Below, in pieces: positions 63,464-64,000 of a stretch of 64,000 nucleotides of DNA. Every line of letters starts with the position of its first letter. The stretch's first letter is position 1. Both the position numbers and the translations under genes were made by a program. Below the pieces are notes generated by a model that searched no databases, was not told the DNA's origin, and saw only the letters and a program-made list of their open reading frames with translations. Source of the DNA: Malacoraja senta (lineage: Eukaryota); NCBI GenBank assembly GCA_038087875.1, contig CM075990.1:2234001-2298000 (forward strand), given 5' to 3'.

Positions 63464-63663
63464 NNNNNNNNNNNNNNNNNNNNNNNNNNNNNNNNNNNNN
63501 NNNNNNNNNNNNNNNNNNNNNNNNNNNNNNNNNNNNNNNNNNNNNNNNNNNNNNNNNNNNNNNNNNNNNNNNNNNNNNNNNNNNNNNNNNNNNNNNNNNN
63601 NNNNNNNNNNNNNNNNNNNNNNNNNNNNNNNNNNNNNNNNNNNNNNNNNNNNNNNNNNNNNNN
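63464..63663. other. Assembly gap (200 N)
   Basis: Run of N. Confidence 0.99.
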
Positions 63664-64000
63664 GGGGGAGGGGGCAGCAGTTCTCATCAGAAAATTATTG
63701 GAAGGCCTTGCTTTGTTCTCTCGTCGGCCTACGCGACAATGAATGTATTTTTGTCCAAACCGGGCTCTTTGTGACATTTCCCGGCCTGCTCTGCTCTGGT
63801 CTGCTGTGAACCATCAGCGAACAATGTGGAATGATTTGACTTATTCGAGGGGGTGGGGGGGATTCTGTCTCTGCGAGGGAATAATGGTCGCTGGGGAACA
63901 ATGTCGCCCTTCATCTGCTTGCATCAATGCCACATTGTGCGAGCGGGGAGATCAGGGACTGCAAAGGGCATCGCGCTTTGAGCGGGTTGTCGTGGCAACA

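Overview
Eukaryotic (vertebrate) genomic DNA, inferred to be from a cartilaginous fish, probably a skate or ray, because it is packed with HE1-type V-SINEs and HER1/CR1 LINE fragments. Most of the window is intronic transposon debris: CR1, V-SINE, Penelope-like pieces with minimal hammerhead motifs, Rex1/Babar, L1, L2/CORE-SINE, hAT and Harbinger-like non-autonomous DNA elements, micro- and minisatellites. Small + strand exons (36805-36836, 50542-50597, 59316-59384, 61683-61769) splice in phase to MPPLTEKLEPR-DNESIEVHKTTSTIT-MSSEHEITITETIVNGLPSNQQQLDR-VAETSTVTSAIKVYP..., which resembles the N-terminus of SORBS1 (CAP/ponsin). A second candidate first exon lies at 13896-13927. The most notable observation is a 138-bp TSD-flanked retroelement (20808-20945, minus strand) whose first 54 nt fold as a compact, essentially P4-less HDV/CPEB3-like ribozyme. 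Also notable are two insertions in the 3' splice site of an exon and a possibly mobile unit made of a ~1 kb microsatellite plus a 150-bp AT-rich module. Repeat boundaries without TSDs are approximate, and family names come from recognition, not database searches. There are two 200-N assembly gaps.
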